28,612 nucleotides of DNA. Source: an uncultured Thermococci archaeon. GTDB taxonomy: Archaea > Methanobacteriota_B > Thermococci > Thermococcales > Thermococcaceae. The position numbers and the translations under genes were made by a program. Position 1 is the first letter of the stretch, and the number at the start of each line of letters is the position of its first letter. The notes beneath the pieces were generated by a model that saw nothing but the letters and a program-made list of their open reading frames with translations, was not told the origin of the DNA and did no database searches. Location of the stretch: positions 1 through 28,612 of the forward strand of contig CAZTOS010000025.1 of assembly GCA_964615185.1 (NCBI GenBank). The letters run 5' to 3'. Below, piece by piece: positions 1 to 7,767 of the stretch.

Positions 1-55
1 GCCTACCCGCTATGAAATTAACACACTACACGCTCTTAACGGGTAGGCAGAACGG
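1..55. repeat. Left terminal copy of a hairpin-containing repeat (inverted copy at 28560-28612)
   Basis: Positions 3-55 are the exact reverse complement of 28560-28612. Internal IR GCCTACCCG (1-9) / CGGGTAGGC (40-48) around a 30-nt spacer. Abuts the middle of cbiM. Confidence 0.95.
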
Positions 56-577
56 ATACTCGGTGCTTTCTTGGGATATACAGTTTATACCAAGCTAAAG
101 AGCATAAATGAAATTGTAGCAATTGGAATAACATCATGGCTCTCAGTGTTTCTGGCATCAGTTCTGGCAGCAATCGAAATTGGAATAAGCAAAAGCTTAC
201 CCTTTGGAAAGGTTTTAACGCTCATGGCAGGCTACCATGCAATAATTGGAATAGGTGAAGCCATATTGACCATAATAATCGTCCAGGCAGTTAGAGCTAA
301 GCTCCCTGAGATAGGGGGGTGTTCCTGTATGAAAACAATAGTCAAGGGATTAATTATCATTATCATCTTGCTTGCAATAGCTTTACCATTTGCCTCAAAT
401 AACCCCGACGGATTGGAAGCAACTATGGAAAAAGTTGGACTCGAAGAACAGACAGTTTATGAAGCACCATTCGATTATGGAGAAACATGGGGACAAAGTA
501 TAGCTATGGGGCTGATTGGGATAATTTTAGTCTTCGGAGTAAGCTATGGGCTTGCTAAATTGATAAAGGGGGCTTAA
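56..577 (+). CDS. cbiM: 5'-truncated Co/Ni ECF substrate-binding component CbiM, read in frame into a PDGLE domain
   Basis: Open frame from ATA at 56 (ILGAFLGYTVY...) with CbiM C-terminal motif MAGYHAIIGIGEAILT. N-terminus is missing at the terminal repeat. Followed by cbiQ and cbiO. Confidence 0.85.
   Translation: MLGAFLGYTVYTKLKSINEIVAIGITSWLSVFLASVLAAIEIGISKSLPFGKVLTLMAGYHAIIGIGEAILTIIIVQAVRAKLPEIGGCSCMKTIVKGLIIIIILLAIALPFASNNPDGLEATMEKVGLEEQTVYEAPFDYGETWGQSIAMGLIGIILVFGVSYGLAKLIKGA
329..577 (+). CDS. PDGLE-domain (NikN-like) small membrane component, probably a separate gene in origin
   Basis: MKTIVKG...ASNNPDGLE motif and two hydrophobic segments. ATG at 329 sits in an ATGA overlap context. 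Confidence 0.7.
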   Translation: MKTIVKGLIIIIILLAIALPFASNNPDGLEATMEKVGLEEQTVYEAPFDYGETWGQSIAMGLIGIILVFGVSYGLAKLIKGA

Positions 578-579
578 AC

Positions 580-1236
580 TTGTATCTGCCCTTTCTTTTA
601 ATTTATGCTCTCGCAGTTGTTACAAGAAAAAGTTTGAGTGAGCTCACGTATTTTGGGGTAGTTCTTGTTGGACTGATTATCTTTTTAAGACCAAAAAAGA
701 GCATTTTTAAACATTTGGGATTTTTACTTGGATTTGAAGGCCTATTGTTCATTCTCGCACTTTTTAATCCTGGTGAGCCCTTAGTAAGCACACCAATTGG
801 GGCCATAACAAAAGAAGGAATTTATTCATTTTTCTTGCTTTTAGGAAGGGCTTTCTTGTCTTCTTCAGCTGTTGTTGTGACATCTAACTCTTTAGGCTTC
901 TCAAGGCTTTTGGCTGAAATGGAAGAGCTCAGATTTCCAAGGATACTGATTTTAACGCTTGCATTCACTTACCGGTATCTTGACTTGTTCAAAGATGAAG
1001 CACTGAGAATGAAACGAGCCTTAGATTCAAGAGCTTTCGGCATAGGGAAAAGGGAATATTATCAAAAGCTCGGTGCATTACTCAGCGAGATTTTTGTGAG
1101 AGCTTACCTCAGAAATGACAAGATTTACAAAGCAATGCTTTCAAGATGCTTTGGCGAATTTCCAAAATTCGAAAGACATAAAAGCATCATGCCATTAATC
1201 TTCAGCGTAATTGCGCTGATAGGTGTGCTGATATGA
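580..1236 (+). CDS. cbiQ: ECF transporter transmembrane T component (CbiQ-like)
   Basis: Hydrophobic N-half, YRYLDLFKDEALRMKRALDSR and AMLSR motifs. TTG start. Confidence 0.88.
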   Translation: MYLPFLLIYALAVVTRKSLSELTYFGVVLVGLIIFLRPKKSIFKHLGFLLGFEGLLFILALFNPGEPLVSTPIGAITKEGIYSFFLLLGRAFLSSSAVVVTSNSLGFSRLLAEMEELRFPRILILTLAFTYRYLDLFKDEALRMKRALDSRAFGIGKREYYQKLGALLSEIFVRAYLRNDKIYKAMLSRCFGEFPKFERHKSIMPLIFSVIALIGVLI

Positions 1237-2051
1237 TAGAAATAAGGCATCTACATTTTTCCTATGGTGAAAGGGAAATACTTAGGGACATAAATTTAGA
1301 AATCGAGAAAGGGGAGGTTTTTGGGTTATTAGGCCCTAATGGAGCTGGAAAATCAACCCTCATTCTGCATTTGAATGGCATACTAAAGCCCAAAAAGGGA
1401 GAAGTTCTGGTTGATGGATTAAATCCAGTTAGAAATCCACGGGAAGTTAGGAGAAAAGTAGGGATAGTCTTTCAAGATCCAAATGACCAACTTTTCTCAC
1501 CAACAGTTTTTGAAGACGTCGCCTTTGGCCCATATAACTTGGGATTGAGAGGTAAGGAACTCGAAGAGAAAGTTTATGAAGTGTTGAAAGTTGTCGGAAT
1601 GGAAGGATATGCCGACAGAGAGATAAAGCATCTAAGCTTTGGGGAGAAGAAGAGAATTGCAATAGCCACTGTTTTGGCTATGGATCCAGAAATCCTGGTC
1701 TTCGATGAACCTTTTGCAAACCTCGATTTTAGAGGAAAAGAACAAGTCAGGGGATTAATTGAGCAATTTAGAGGGGAAAAGACAATAATCTTAGCTTCTC
1801 ATGAAGCCGAGTATTTAACGCTCTGCGATAGAATTGCATTAATTGATAGAGGAGAAATAATTAAGGTCGGCACTCCAGAGGAAATTTTGGGAAGTGTTGA
1901 ACTCTTAAAAGCCCATAACTTAGAGGTTCCTCCTCTCATTGAGCTGTTTCTCAGCTTAAACTTAGGTGTTCCAAAGAGCCTCGAAGATGCTAAGGAAAAG
2001 ATAGCTAACTTTTTAAGTCTTTCAACTCAAAAGCTCAAAGGGAGGCATTAA
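1233..2051 (+). CDS. cbiO: ECF transporter ATPase (CbiO-like)
   Basis: Walker A GPNGAGKST, FQDPNDQLF Q-loop, LSFGEKKR signature, Walker B ILVFDEP. ATGA overlap with cbiQ. Confidence 0.93.
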   Translation: MIEIRHLHFSYGEREILRDINLEIEKGEVFGLLGPNGAGKSTLILHLNGILKPKKGEVLVDGLNPVRNPREVRRKVGIVFQDPNDQLFSPTVFEDVAFGPYNLGLRGKELEEKVYEVLKVVGMEGYADREIKHLSFGEKKRIAIATVLAMDPEILVFDEPFANLDFRGKEQVRGLIEQFRGEKTIILASHEAEYLTLCDRIALIDRGEIIKVGTPEEILGSVELLKAHNLEVPPLIELFLSLNLGVPKSLEDAKEKIANFLSLSTQKLKGRH

Positions 2052-2053
2052 AA

Positions 2054-2524
2054 ATGAAAGTTGAAGGATTTGTTGCAAGCTTAAGGAATGCTGAAACAAT
2101 TGAAAAACTCTTTGAGATTCTCGAAAAGAAAGGAGCACCAGTAATAGAGCTTGATGGAGAGAAATTCCTCCTCGTGGTGGAAGGGGATTTTGAAGGAACT
2201 AAGTTCTGGACAGAGATTAACGGCAAAAAGGCAAACATGGCCCTTGGAGATGCTATGTTAAATTCGGCAAGCTTTCCATTCAAGTGTAAAAAGCCCTATA
2301 CAGGCGGAAACGCAATATTTGTTAAGATGAGTGACATTGAGAGTGAAGAGTTTTTAGTTGCCTACAAAAGCGAAGGTCTCGGCTTGTACTTCAAAGTCAA
2401 AGAAGGTAAAGCTGATAAGATAAGCCCCGCCGATTATGAGAGATTAATCCCAGAAATGCCAGAGTTCAAGGTTAAAAGCTTCAGCGAAGAGCAGATGGAT
2501 ATGATGGGTGCTTTCTTCGGTTGA
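2054..2524 (+). CDS. Hypothetical protein (156 aa)
   Basis: Clean ORF with GGAGG upstream, natural protein composition, operonic with cbiO. No motif recognised. Confidence 0.8.
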   Translation: MKVEGFVASLRNAETIEKLFEILEKKGAPVIELDGEKFLLVVEGDFEGTKFWTEINGKKANMALGDAMLNSASFPFKCKKPYTGGNAIFVKMSDIESEEFLVAYKSEGLGLYFKVKEGKADKISPADYERLIPEMPEFKVKSFSEEQMDMMGAFFG

Positions 2525-2533
2525 TGTATGAAA

Positions 2534-2553
2534 GGGGGAGAAGAATCTCCCCC
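2534..2553. terminator. GC-rich hairpin between convergent genes
   Basis: GGGGGAGA-AGAA-TCTCCCCC (8-bp stem, 4-nt loop) between stops at 2524 (+) and 2580 (-). Confidence 0.45.
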
Positions 2554-2579
2554 ACAAACAAACTTTCCTTGCAACATCT

Positions 2580-3128
2580 TCATGAAGCATGTTTGTTTGT
2601 CTTTTCGCTCCACAAAACTATTTGTTCTATTGCTATCCCCATGACAATTACAAAAACTACAGTTAAAACAAGTCTCGTTATCATGAACTTCAGTCCAAGA
2701 AATTGGAGCTCCACCAGCTCTTGAGGAATCTTGATGCATGCCCATGCTGAAAGAAAGGCAATAATGTTGGAGATACGGGCGCCTTTTTTAAGTAAAGTCG
2801 CGGCTATGGGAAAAGCCACATAAAGAGGACCTGTAGGAAATGCTCCCATAAGTATAGCAAGGAATATGCCCTTTATTCCAGAACTTCTTCCCAAATACTT
2901 CACGATGACATCATTTGGGACAAACACCGCAAAAAGTCCCATCAATATCATCACGGCGGGCAGTATCAGAATCATCTCCATAAAGAACCCTCTTGAAGAT
3001 GAAATTACGGGTTCTTTCTTTTCGGGAAACATTAATAGCAAAACCATTGCAATCGCTAATGTAATCCCTAAAAAGAGCATATCTTTTACGAGTCCCTTTT
3101 TCTGTTTCTCTTTCGACATCTTTTTCAT
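2580..3128 (-). CDS. Predicted permease, DUF318/ArsP-like, subunit B
   Basis: Multi-TM protein with GAFPTGPLYVAFPIAATLLKKGA motif. Start taken as ATG 3128. Confidence 0.8.
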   Translation of the reverse strand: MKKMSKEKQKKGLVKDMLFLGITLAIAMVLLLMFPEKKEPVISSSRGFFMEMILILPAVMILMGLFAVFVPNDVIVKYLGRSSGIKGIFLAILMGAFPTGPLYVAFPIAATLLKKGARISNIIAFLSAWACIKIPQELVELQFLGLKFMITRLVLTVVFVIVMGIAIEQIVLWSEKTNKHAS

Positions 3129-3605
3129 AGTATCCCCCCATAATGAGTCCAATGATAATTGCAATGATAAAGCTCAGTCCATTTCTAAGCAACGCCAGCT
3201 TTTTCCCAATGTTCTTATTTCAAGAGGCAAAGTGACCATTCCAATCATTGTCAGTGTAGTTATAAAGACTGCAACTGAGGTAATCGAAGCTCCTTTTTCA
3301 AGGAGAGATGCCGCCAACGGGAAAGATATCAACGAAGGGATATGCAGTACTGCTCCCAAAAGTGCAACGGTAAGCACTCCTCTAAACCCTGCATTTTCAC
3401 CAACAATCTTGGAAATTTGACTTTCTGGCACGAAACCAGAAAGTAGGCCTATAATGATTATTATGGCAAGAACAGTGGGAAATATTCTAAAGAATGAAAT
3501 CACTGCCATCTTTAGTGCTTGTTTTGTTTTTGTCCTATCTTTTATTAAAGCAAAAACCAGACATACACCAGCTAAAGTATTTATAAACAGAGTAGTCACA
3601 TTCAT
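3125..3605 (-). pseudogene. Predicted permease DUF318-like subunit A, frameshifted near 3' end
   Basis: HIPSLISFPLAASLLEKGA motif. The final TM helix (LRNGLSFIIAIIIGLIMG) lies in another frame after the A-run at ~3200-3204. One more G in the G-run at 3134-3139 would give a TGA overlapping the ATG at 3128. Confidence 0.75.
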
Positions 3606-3672
3606 TGAATTCTCCTCCCACAATATATGAAAAAAGATTCAATAAAAGTTTTTGGTAGAATAAAATGGAAAA

Positions 3673-5049
3673 TCAGTCCTTCAAAGCCTCATCCAAAAGA
3701 CTCAGTCCCAAATCAAGGTATTCTTTAGCCTTCTCTTCACTTCTTGCCTCTGCAAAAATCCTTATTATTGGCTCTGTTCCGCTTGCTCTAACTAACACCC
3801 AGCCATCGTCAAAGAGAATCTTTGTTCCATCGGTTGTGTCGATTCTAAAGCCTTTCTGCTCTGCAATTTTGGCAACTTTTCCAACTATTGCATGCCTATC
3901 GCCCTCAATGTGTCTCTTTGTCTTCACCTGATAGAACTTAGGAAGCTCGTTAATAAGCTCGCTGAACTTCTTTCCGCTCTTTGCAAATATCTCGACTATC
4001 TTTGCCACGGTCATTGCTCCATCTCTTCCCAAGACATGATCTGGGAAGATAACTCCACCGTTCTCCTCTCCTCCAACCAAACCGTTGTGCTCAAGTAAAG
4101 CCCTTGAAACTACTAAATCCCCAACCTTCGTCTTGAGAACTTTTCCTCCATACTGCTTTGCAAGCTCATCAATTATGTGTGAGGTTGCTATTGTTGTAAC
4201 AACCAAGCCTCCACCGTGCTCTTGAAGCATTGCCTTAACAACGAGGGCAAACGTTTTGTCTCCCTGAATGAAGTTTCCATTTTCATCAATGAACACTGAA
4301 CGGTCTGCATCTCCATCTTGAGCCACACCAAAATCTGCTCCCAATGCTTTGACAATCTTCATGAACCCCTGCAGATTCTCTTCATTTGGCTCTGGATTTC
4401 TTGCTGGGAAGTGCCCATCTGGATGAGCATTCACACTGACAACCTTACAGCCAAGCTCCCTAAGTAGGTAGGGCAACACCAACGAGCCTGCACCGTTTGA
4501 AGTATCCACCACTATAAAGGGCTTTCTCTTCTTTATTGCTTTAACATCAACCTTAGACTTTATTGCATCGATGTATGGTCTTATTATATCCTTCTTTTCT
4601 AAGCGGCCAATTTCGTACCACTTTGCTCTGTCAAACTCTTCCTTGAAGAATAACTCCTCCACGATTGCTTCCCTCTCCTTCTTTAAGCCCAATCCATTTG
4701 GCTCTAAAAGCTTAATCCCGTTGTATTCCGGAGGATTGTGGGATGCGGTAATCACTGCCCCCCCATCAACCCCAAAGTATCTGCATGCGAATTGAATTGC
4801 AGGGGTTGGAGCAATATCCACATCAATAACATTTATCCCAACACTCAAAAGTCCGGAGATTAGAGCGTTTTTTAGCATTTCACCACTAACTCTTGTGTCC
4901 CTTCCGACAACAACCCAAAGCTCTTTGTCTGGCTGTTCTCTTTTTAGTAGAGTACCAAATGCCATTCCTATTTTAAGAGCAAATTCTGGAGTTATCTTCT
5001 CATTTGCAATTCCCCTGACTCCAAATGTTCCAAACAGCTTTCCCATTTC
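3673..5049 (-). CDS. pmm: Phosphomannomutase/phosphoglucomutase
   Basis: MGKLFGTFGVRG start, TASHNP phosphoserine motif, DGDADR metal loop, GEENGG, RASGTEP. RBS GAGGTGA. Confidence 0.95.
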   Translation of the reverse strand, partial: EMGKLFGTFGVRGIANEKITPEFALKIGMAFGTLLKREQPDKELWVVVGRDTRVSGEMLKNALISGLLSVGINVIDVDIAPTPAIQFACRYFGVDGGAVITASHNPPEYNGIKLLEPNGLGLKKEREAIVEELFFKEEFDRAKWYEIGRLEKKDIIRPYIDAIKSKVDVKAIKKRKPFIVVDTSNGAGSLVLPYLLRELGCKVVSVNAHPDGHFPARNPEPNEENLQGFMKIVKALGADFGVAQDGDADRSVFIDENGNFIQGDKTFALVVKAMLQEHGGGLVVTTIATSHIIDELAKQYGGKVLKTKVGDLVVSRALLEHNGLVGGEENGGVIFPDHVLGRDGAMTVAKIVEIFAKSGKKFSELINELPKFYQVKTKRHIEGDRHAIVGKVAKIAEQKGFRIDTTDGTKILFDDGWVLVRASGTEPIIRIFAEARSEEKAKEYLDLGLSLLDEALKD

Positions 5050-5056
5050 CATCACC

Positions 5057-5437
5057 TCACATTAGTGCATTAACTAAGCCCAAGATTATGCTTATAAACA
5101 GGTAAACACCATATATAAAGATTCCAGCTTGAACCAAGGAAAGGATCACCTTTAATACCTTTAAATCTTCTGGAATAACTGGAGCTGGAATTCCAAGGAT
5201 TAACGAACCAAACAATAGGAAAACAACTAATCTAACTGTGCTTAAATCTATCGGAAGCTTTAACTCAGGATAAACAACTTCAACATTAATATTTTGAACA
5301 GGAATAACAACTTTTGCATTTCCAAGAGCCTTCATCGTAAAGTATGCGATTATTAAAACAATGAACAATGTCCCTAAAAGATTAATTGAAAAAGATGAAA
5401 TAAGCTTGCTAAGACTTTCCCATTTGTCTTTTTCCAT
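5057..5437 (-). CDS. Hypothetical membrane protein
   Basis: Three hydrophobic segments, tightly packed between manC and pmm as in the Pyrococcus MG operon layout. Confidence 0.75.
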   Translation of the reverse strand: MEKDKWESLSKLISSFSINLLGTLFIVLIIAYFTMKALGNAKVVIPVQNINVEVVYPELKLPIDLSTVRLVVFLLFGSLILGIPAPVIPEDLKVLKVILSLVQAGIFIYGVYLFISIILGLVNALM

Positions 5438-5438
5438 C

Positions 5439-6821
5439 TCAATCCCTTCCAAAGTCATCTTGGAATCTTACTATATCGTCCTCACCGAGATACTCACCTA
5501 TCTGGGTTTCTATAACTTCAAGCACAACTTTTCCAGGGTTCTCTAATCTATGCTTAACCCCTGCAGGAATAAAAATGCTTTCACCGGGCCTCAATAGGAT
5601 TTCTTCCTCCCCCACAATAGCCTTTGCAGTTCCCCTTACAACGACCCAATGCTCTGAACGGTGATAGTGCATCTGGAGTGATAGTCTCTTTCCTGGCAAT
5701 ACTGTAAGACGCTTTATTTTGTAACGATCTCCCTCTTCAAGGACAGTATATGAACCCCACGGCCTGTATGCTGTTCTATGTACTATTACCCTTTCATCTC
5801 CCCGCTTTTTAAGCCTTTCATAAATGTACTTGACTTTCTGACTTTCCCCTCTTGATGCCACTAAAAGGGCATCCCCGGTGTCAATTATGAGCAAGTTTTC
5901 AACGCCAACAGTGGCTGTTAACCTCTCGGTTATGATAAGATTGTTCTTTGAGTCCACCTGAAGATAATCCGCTTTCATTCCTTTAATTTTGACTGCATTT
6001 CCATTTCCATCCTTTTTAAGCGCTTCATAAATTGCGTCAAAGCTTCCCAGGTCATTCCAATATACGTTCAATGGCACAACTGCAGCTTTGTCAGTCTTCT
6101 CCATGATCCCGTAATCAACTGAGATATCTGGAACTAATTCATAAGCTTCCTCGATGCTTTTGGCTTCTTCAAATGCATTGTAGATTTCTGGAGTTAGTCT
6201 CTTGACTTCTTCAATGAAGAGTTCTGTGTCAAACATGAACATTCCACTGTTCCAATAGTAACCTTCCTCAACATATTTTTTTGCAGTCTCTAAGTCCGGT
6301 TTTTCTTTGAATTCAGCGACTTTATAACCGCCTTCCAACTTTTCTCCAGGCTTTATATATCCATAACCAGTATGAGGCCTTGTAGGTTTGATTCCAAATG
6401 TTACAAAGTAGTTCTCAGCAAGTTTTTCTGCTGTCTTAAAAGCTTTGATGTATTTTTCATTTACATCAATCAGGTGATCCGATGGTAGAACAGCAACTTT
6501 TGACTTCCCAAAATTCTCATGAATTATTTTCAGTCCCCAGTAAATCGCTGGAAGGGTGTTCTTTCCCACTGGTTCAAGAAGGACGTTCTCTTTTGGAATT
6601 TCAATACCCATATCCCTAAGCTCATCAAAAACTCTAAAGTGGTACTCCTTATTGGTTACTATGAAGATTTCCCTTGGTTTTGAGAAGAGCAGAGCTCTTT
6701 CTACAGTCTTCTGGAACAGTGAAGTGTCATCAAATATTCTTATGAACTGCTTTGGCATCAATTCTCTGCTTAAAGGCCATAGACGAGTTCCTTTTCCTCC
6801 AGCTAATATCAGCGTCTTCAT
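5439..6821 (-). CDS. manC: Bifunctional mannose-1-phosphate guanylyltransferase / mannose-6-phosphate isomerase (type II)
   Basis: LAGGKGTRLWPLSR, EPVGKNT, FKEKP, WNSGMF, plus C-terminal cupin RPWG...LSLQMHYHRSEHW. Confidence 0.95.
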   Translation of the reverse strand: MKTLILAGGKGTRLWPLSRELMPKQFIRIFDDTSLFQKTVERALLFSKPREIFIVTNKEYHFRVFDELRDMGIEIPKENVLLEPVGKNTLPAIYWGLKIIHENFGKSKVAVLPSDHLIDVNEKYIKAFKTAEKLAENYFVTFGIKPTRPHTGYGYIKPGEKLEGGYKVAEFKEKPDLETAKKYVEEGYYWNSGMFMFDTELFIEEVKRLTPEIYNAFEEAKSIEEAYELVPDISVDYGIMEKTDKAAVVPLNVYWNDLGSFDAIYEALKKDGNGNAVKIKGMKADYLQVDSKNNLIITERLTATVGVENLLIIDTGDALLVASRGESQKVKYIYERLKKRGDERVIVHRTAYRPWGSYTVLEEGDRYKIKRLTVLPGKRLSLQMHYHRSEHWVVVRGTAKAIVGEEEILLRPGESIFIPAGVKHRLENPGKVVLEVIETQIGEYLGEDDIVRFQDDFGRD

Positions 6822-7555
6822 TTTATCACCTCCAGCACTTCTTCTATTGAATTTATATTCACAGCATTTGGATGCTTTAGATTTCCTATTATGAACGCTT
6901 TTCCAACAACTTTAAATAGAGGAAAATCATTCAGCCCATCCCCAACGGCATATGTCTCAATATCTCCAAAGAACTTAGAATATAGGAGGAGCAAGATACG
7001 TGCAGCTTTTCCTTTGTTTGTGTTTCCATGAACATTATAAAATCTGCTTCCTTTTGAAATCTTAAGTCCCTTTGATTTCACTGCTTCGATGAACCCTTCA
7101 TCTTTCCAGCGAAAGATTGTTTCCGAATATTCCCTCATCATTGCAAGCTCTGCTAACTGTCTTGGAAGCCCCGTAAACTCCATGACCTCCTCAATGCTTG
7201 AGTTCCCATAATATTTCAGGCCAAACTTTTTACTAAGTTCATCAAGGATGTTTTTAATGAGTTCATACCTTTCACCAAGCTCTATAACAAAGTAACCCCC
7301 CACCTCTTTTGTAAAATTGAAACTAAATGGGAAATATTTCTTCGGAATATATATTGCACTTCCGGTTTCCACTATGAACGGGTCTTCAACATTTAAGGCT
7401 CTCCTGTAATACTCTTGCTCTGCCCTTGTTTTTGATGAATTAAAGACTATTCTAAACCCCCTTCTTTTTAGCTCATCAACTATAGCTCTGGCGGGTTCTG
7501 GAGAGTAATCCTCTCCAATCAATGTCTTGTCAAGGTCAAGGAATATCACCCTCAT
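6818..7555 (-). CDS. mpgP: Mannosyl-3-phosphoglycerate phosphatase (HAD IIB)
   Basis: DLDKTL motif I, NSSKTRAEQ, REYSET, GSRFY, GDGLND. Upstream of manC/pmm. Confidence 0.9.
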   Translation of the reverse strand: MRVIFLDLDKTLIGEDYSPEPARAIVDELKRRGFRIVFNSSKTRAEQEYYRRALNVEDPFIVETGSAIYIPKKYFPFSFNFTKEVGGYFVIELGERYELIKNILDELSKKFGLKYYGNSSIEEVMEFTGLPRQLAELAMMREYSETIFRWKDEGFIEAVKSKGLKISKGSRFYNVHGNTNKGKAARILLLLYSKFFGDIETYAVGDGLNDFPLFKVVGKAFIIGNLKHPNAVNINSIEEVLEVIK

Positions 7556-7703
7556 AAAACCACCTACAGTCTGCCATAGATTTGGTCAGTCTTTCTGTCA
7601 GATTATTATCTCAATACTCCTATTTATCACCCCAATGGTTAGAATAACCACGATCTTCAACCACTACAACGCTCTAAATCCCATGAGGTATTTAGTTAAG
7701 ATC

Positions 7704-7720
7704 AGTATATAAAATTTACC
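7704..7720 (-). promoter_or_regulatory. Putative TATA box for the mpgP operon
   Basis: Minus strand GGTAAATTTTATATACT, ~150 nt upstream of the mpgP ATG. Confidence 0.45.
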
Positions 7721-7737
7721 AAGACACTTTGACAAAG

Positions 7738-7764
7738 CCAAAATAAAAAGAGACAAAAACAAAG
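7738..7764 (-). terminator. Oligo-T archaeal terminator after the PhnP-like gene
   Basis: Minus strand TTTGTTTTTGTCTCTTTTTATTTT immediately after stop 7768. Confidence 0.55.
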
Positions 7765-7767
7765 CCG

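Noticed and set aside
1..55. SMRTbell-type hairpin adapter read-through
   Set aside because: A circular template would show the loop in the same orientation at both ends, but here the loops are reverse complements. Other adapter types remain possible.
2911..3192. 93-aa ORF as a separate gene
   Set aside because: Its start is the frameshifted tail of permease A and the rest overlaps permease B out of frame.
7625..7641. TGM (TrmBL1) site at TATCAC
   Set aside because: Second half-site reads TGGTTA, not GTGATA. Better explained as a minus-strand RBS.
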